Origin: a virus
Taxonomy: Duplodnaviria > Caudoviricetes
Virus record (IMG/VR): IMGVR_UViG_3300036987_000043
Coordinates: 1-31,774 of that record
DNA length: 31,774 bases
Reading direction: 5' to 3' (one strand)
In this document: positions 31,366 to 31,774 of the stretch, piece by piece
Layout: every line of letters starts with the position of its first letter
Numbering within the stretch: the first letter of the stretch is position 1
Program-made: the position numbers and the translations under genes
The notes under the pieces: model-generated
What the model saw: only the letters and a program-made list of their open reading frames with translations
Databases searched by the model: none
What the model was told of the DNA's origin: nothing

Positions 31366-31774
31366 ATGATAAAAATCATCCGCACCAAATCAAAGGCACG
31401 CGGCGGCGTCACAGGGCGCGAAAAGGAGCTAATGGACGAGCACGCCAAACTCTGGATTTCCCGCGCTATGCGGACAGAGCCGGTTGATCCGGGTAAGATC
31501 GTTCCTGCGATTGAGGGCTTGTATCAAGCCGCGGGACTTAAAAAGCCGCGCGTTGTTATCGTACCTTCACCGCTGGTGATGGCTTTCGCCTACGGCGCAT
31601 CCGCCGCGATCTGGCACGCAAGGAAGAGCTCAGGGGCCAGCGCCACGCGCAGCGCCACGGCCAGCGCCACGCGCAGCGCCACGGCCAGCGCCACGGACAG
31701 CGCCACGCGCAGCGCCACGGACAGCGCCACGCGCAGCGCCACGTACAGCGCCACGTACAGCGCCACGCGCAGCG
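31366..31774 (+). CDS. Tandem-repeat protein, DUF6745-like N-terminus, 3' end outside window
   Basis: SD AGGGGA; MIKIIRTK...W......T.P.D......I..LY.AAGL..PRVV.VPSP then (xSAT)n; open to the edge. Confidence 0.7.
   Translation, partial: MIKIIRTKSKARGGVTGREKELMDEHAKLWISRAMRTEPVDPGKIVPAIEGLYQAAGLKKPRVVIVPSPLVMAFAYGASAAIWHARKSSGASATRSATASATRSATASATDSATRSATDSATRSATYSATYSATRS
31636..31774 (+). repeat. In-frame 12-bp tandem repeat NNC-AGC-GCC-ACG, 11 full units plus a partial one
   Basis: Variable first codons in order: GCC, CGC, GCC, CGC, GCC, GAC, CGC, GAC, CGC, TAC, TAC, CGC. Confidence 0.95.

Larger units (their letters stand above)
1..31774. mobile_element. Temperate lambdoid siphophage/prophage segment (tail, head, packaging, replication, immunity, PL operon); both ends lie outside the window
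   Basis: Continuous phage gene content with terminase, portal, HK97-type capsid, tape measure and a cI/cro switch; dense ATGA/GTGA/TGATG gene coupling. Confidence 0.97.

Noticed and set aside
31636-31774. CRISPR array or DGR variable region
   Set aside because: Units are 12 bp with 3-nt variable parts, in frame within a CDS; no spacers, cas genes, reverse transcriptase or template repeat in the window

Overview
The whole window is part of a temperate lambdoid siphophage or prophage (~60% GC). Its host is very probably an alphaproteobacterium (Hyphomicrobiales-like), judged from the GcrA, GapR and FixJ-like genes. No integrase, lysis cassette or att site is inside the window. Minus strand, read right to left: cro, a CII-like gene, and an early/middle operon (GcrA, XRE HTH, N6-adenine MTase, DUF6378, GapR, replication initiator with iterons, HNH, LuxR-type HTH, NusG-like antiterminator). 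Then come the packaging HNH, probable cos, TerS/TerL, a protease-capsid fusion, a free-standing HNH, portal, neck and non-contractile tail genes. The tail chaperone has a -1 frameshift, and the tail module ends in tandem-DUF2793 and DUF4376 genes. Plus strand: cI, a membrane-protein moron antisense to the early operon, and the PL operon, which ends in a tandem-repeat protein cut by the window edge. A DEDDh exonuclease-BRCT gene sits between cI and OL. The most notable observations are (1) a 63-aa protein ending in an FtsZ C-terminal-peptide look-alike (LDIPEFLKRRA) in the same operon as GcrA, GapR and an orphan MTase, suggesting a cell-cycle takeover module; (2) a NusG NGN domain whose KOW domain is replaced by an Arg-rich tail, next to a structured late leader; (3) a uORF and three-box switch ahead of the CII-like gene. 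All family assignments come from motif recognition by eye; no searches were run.
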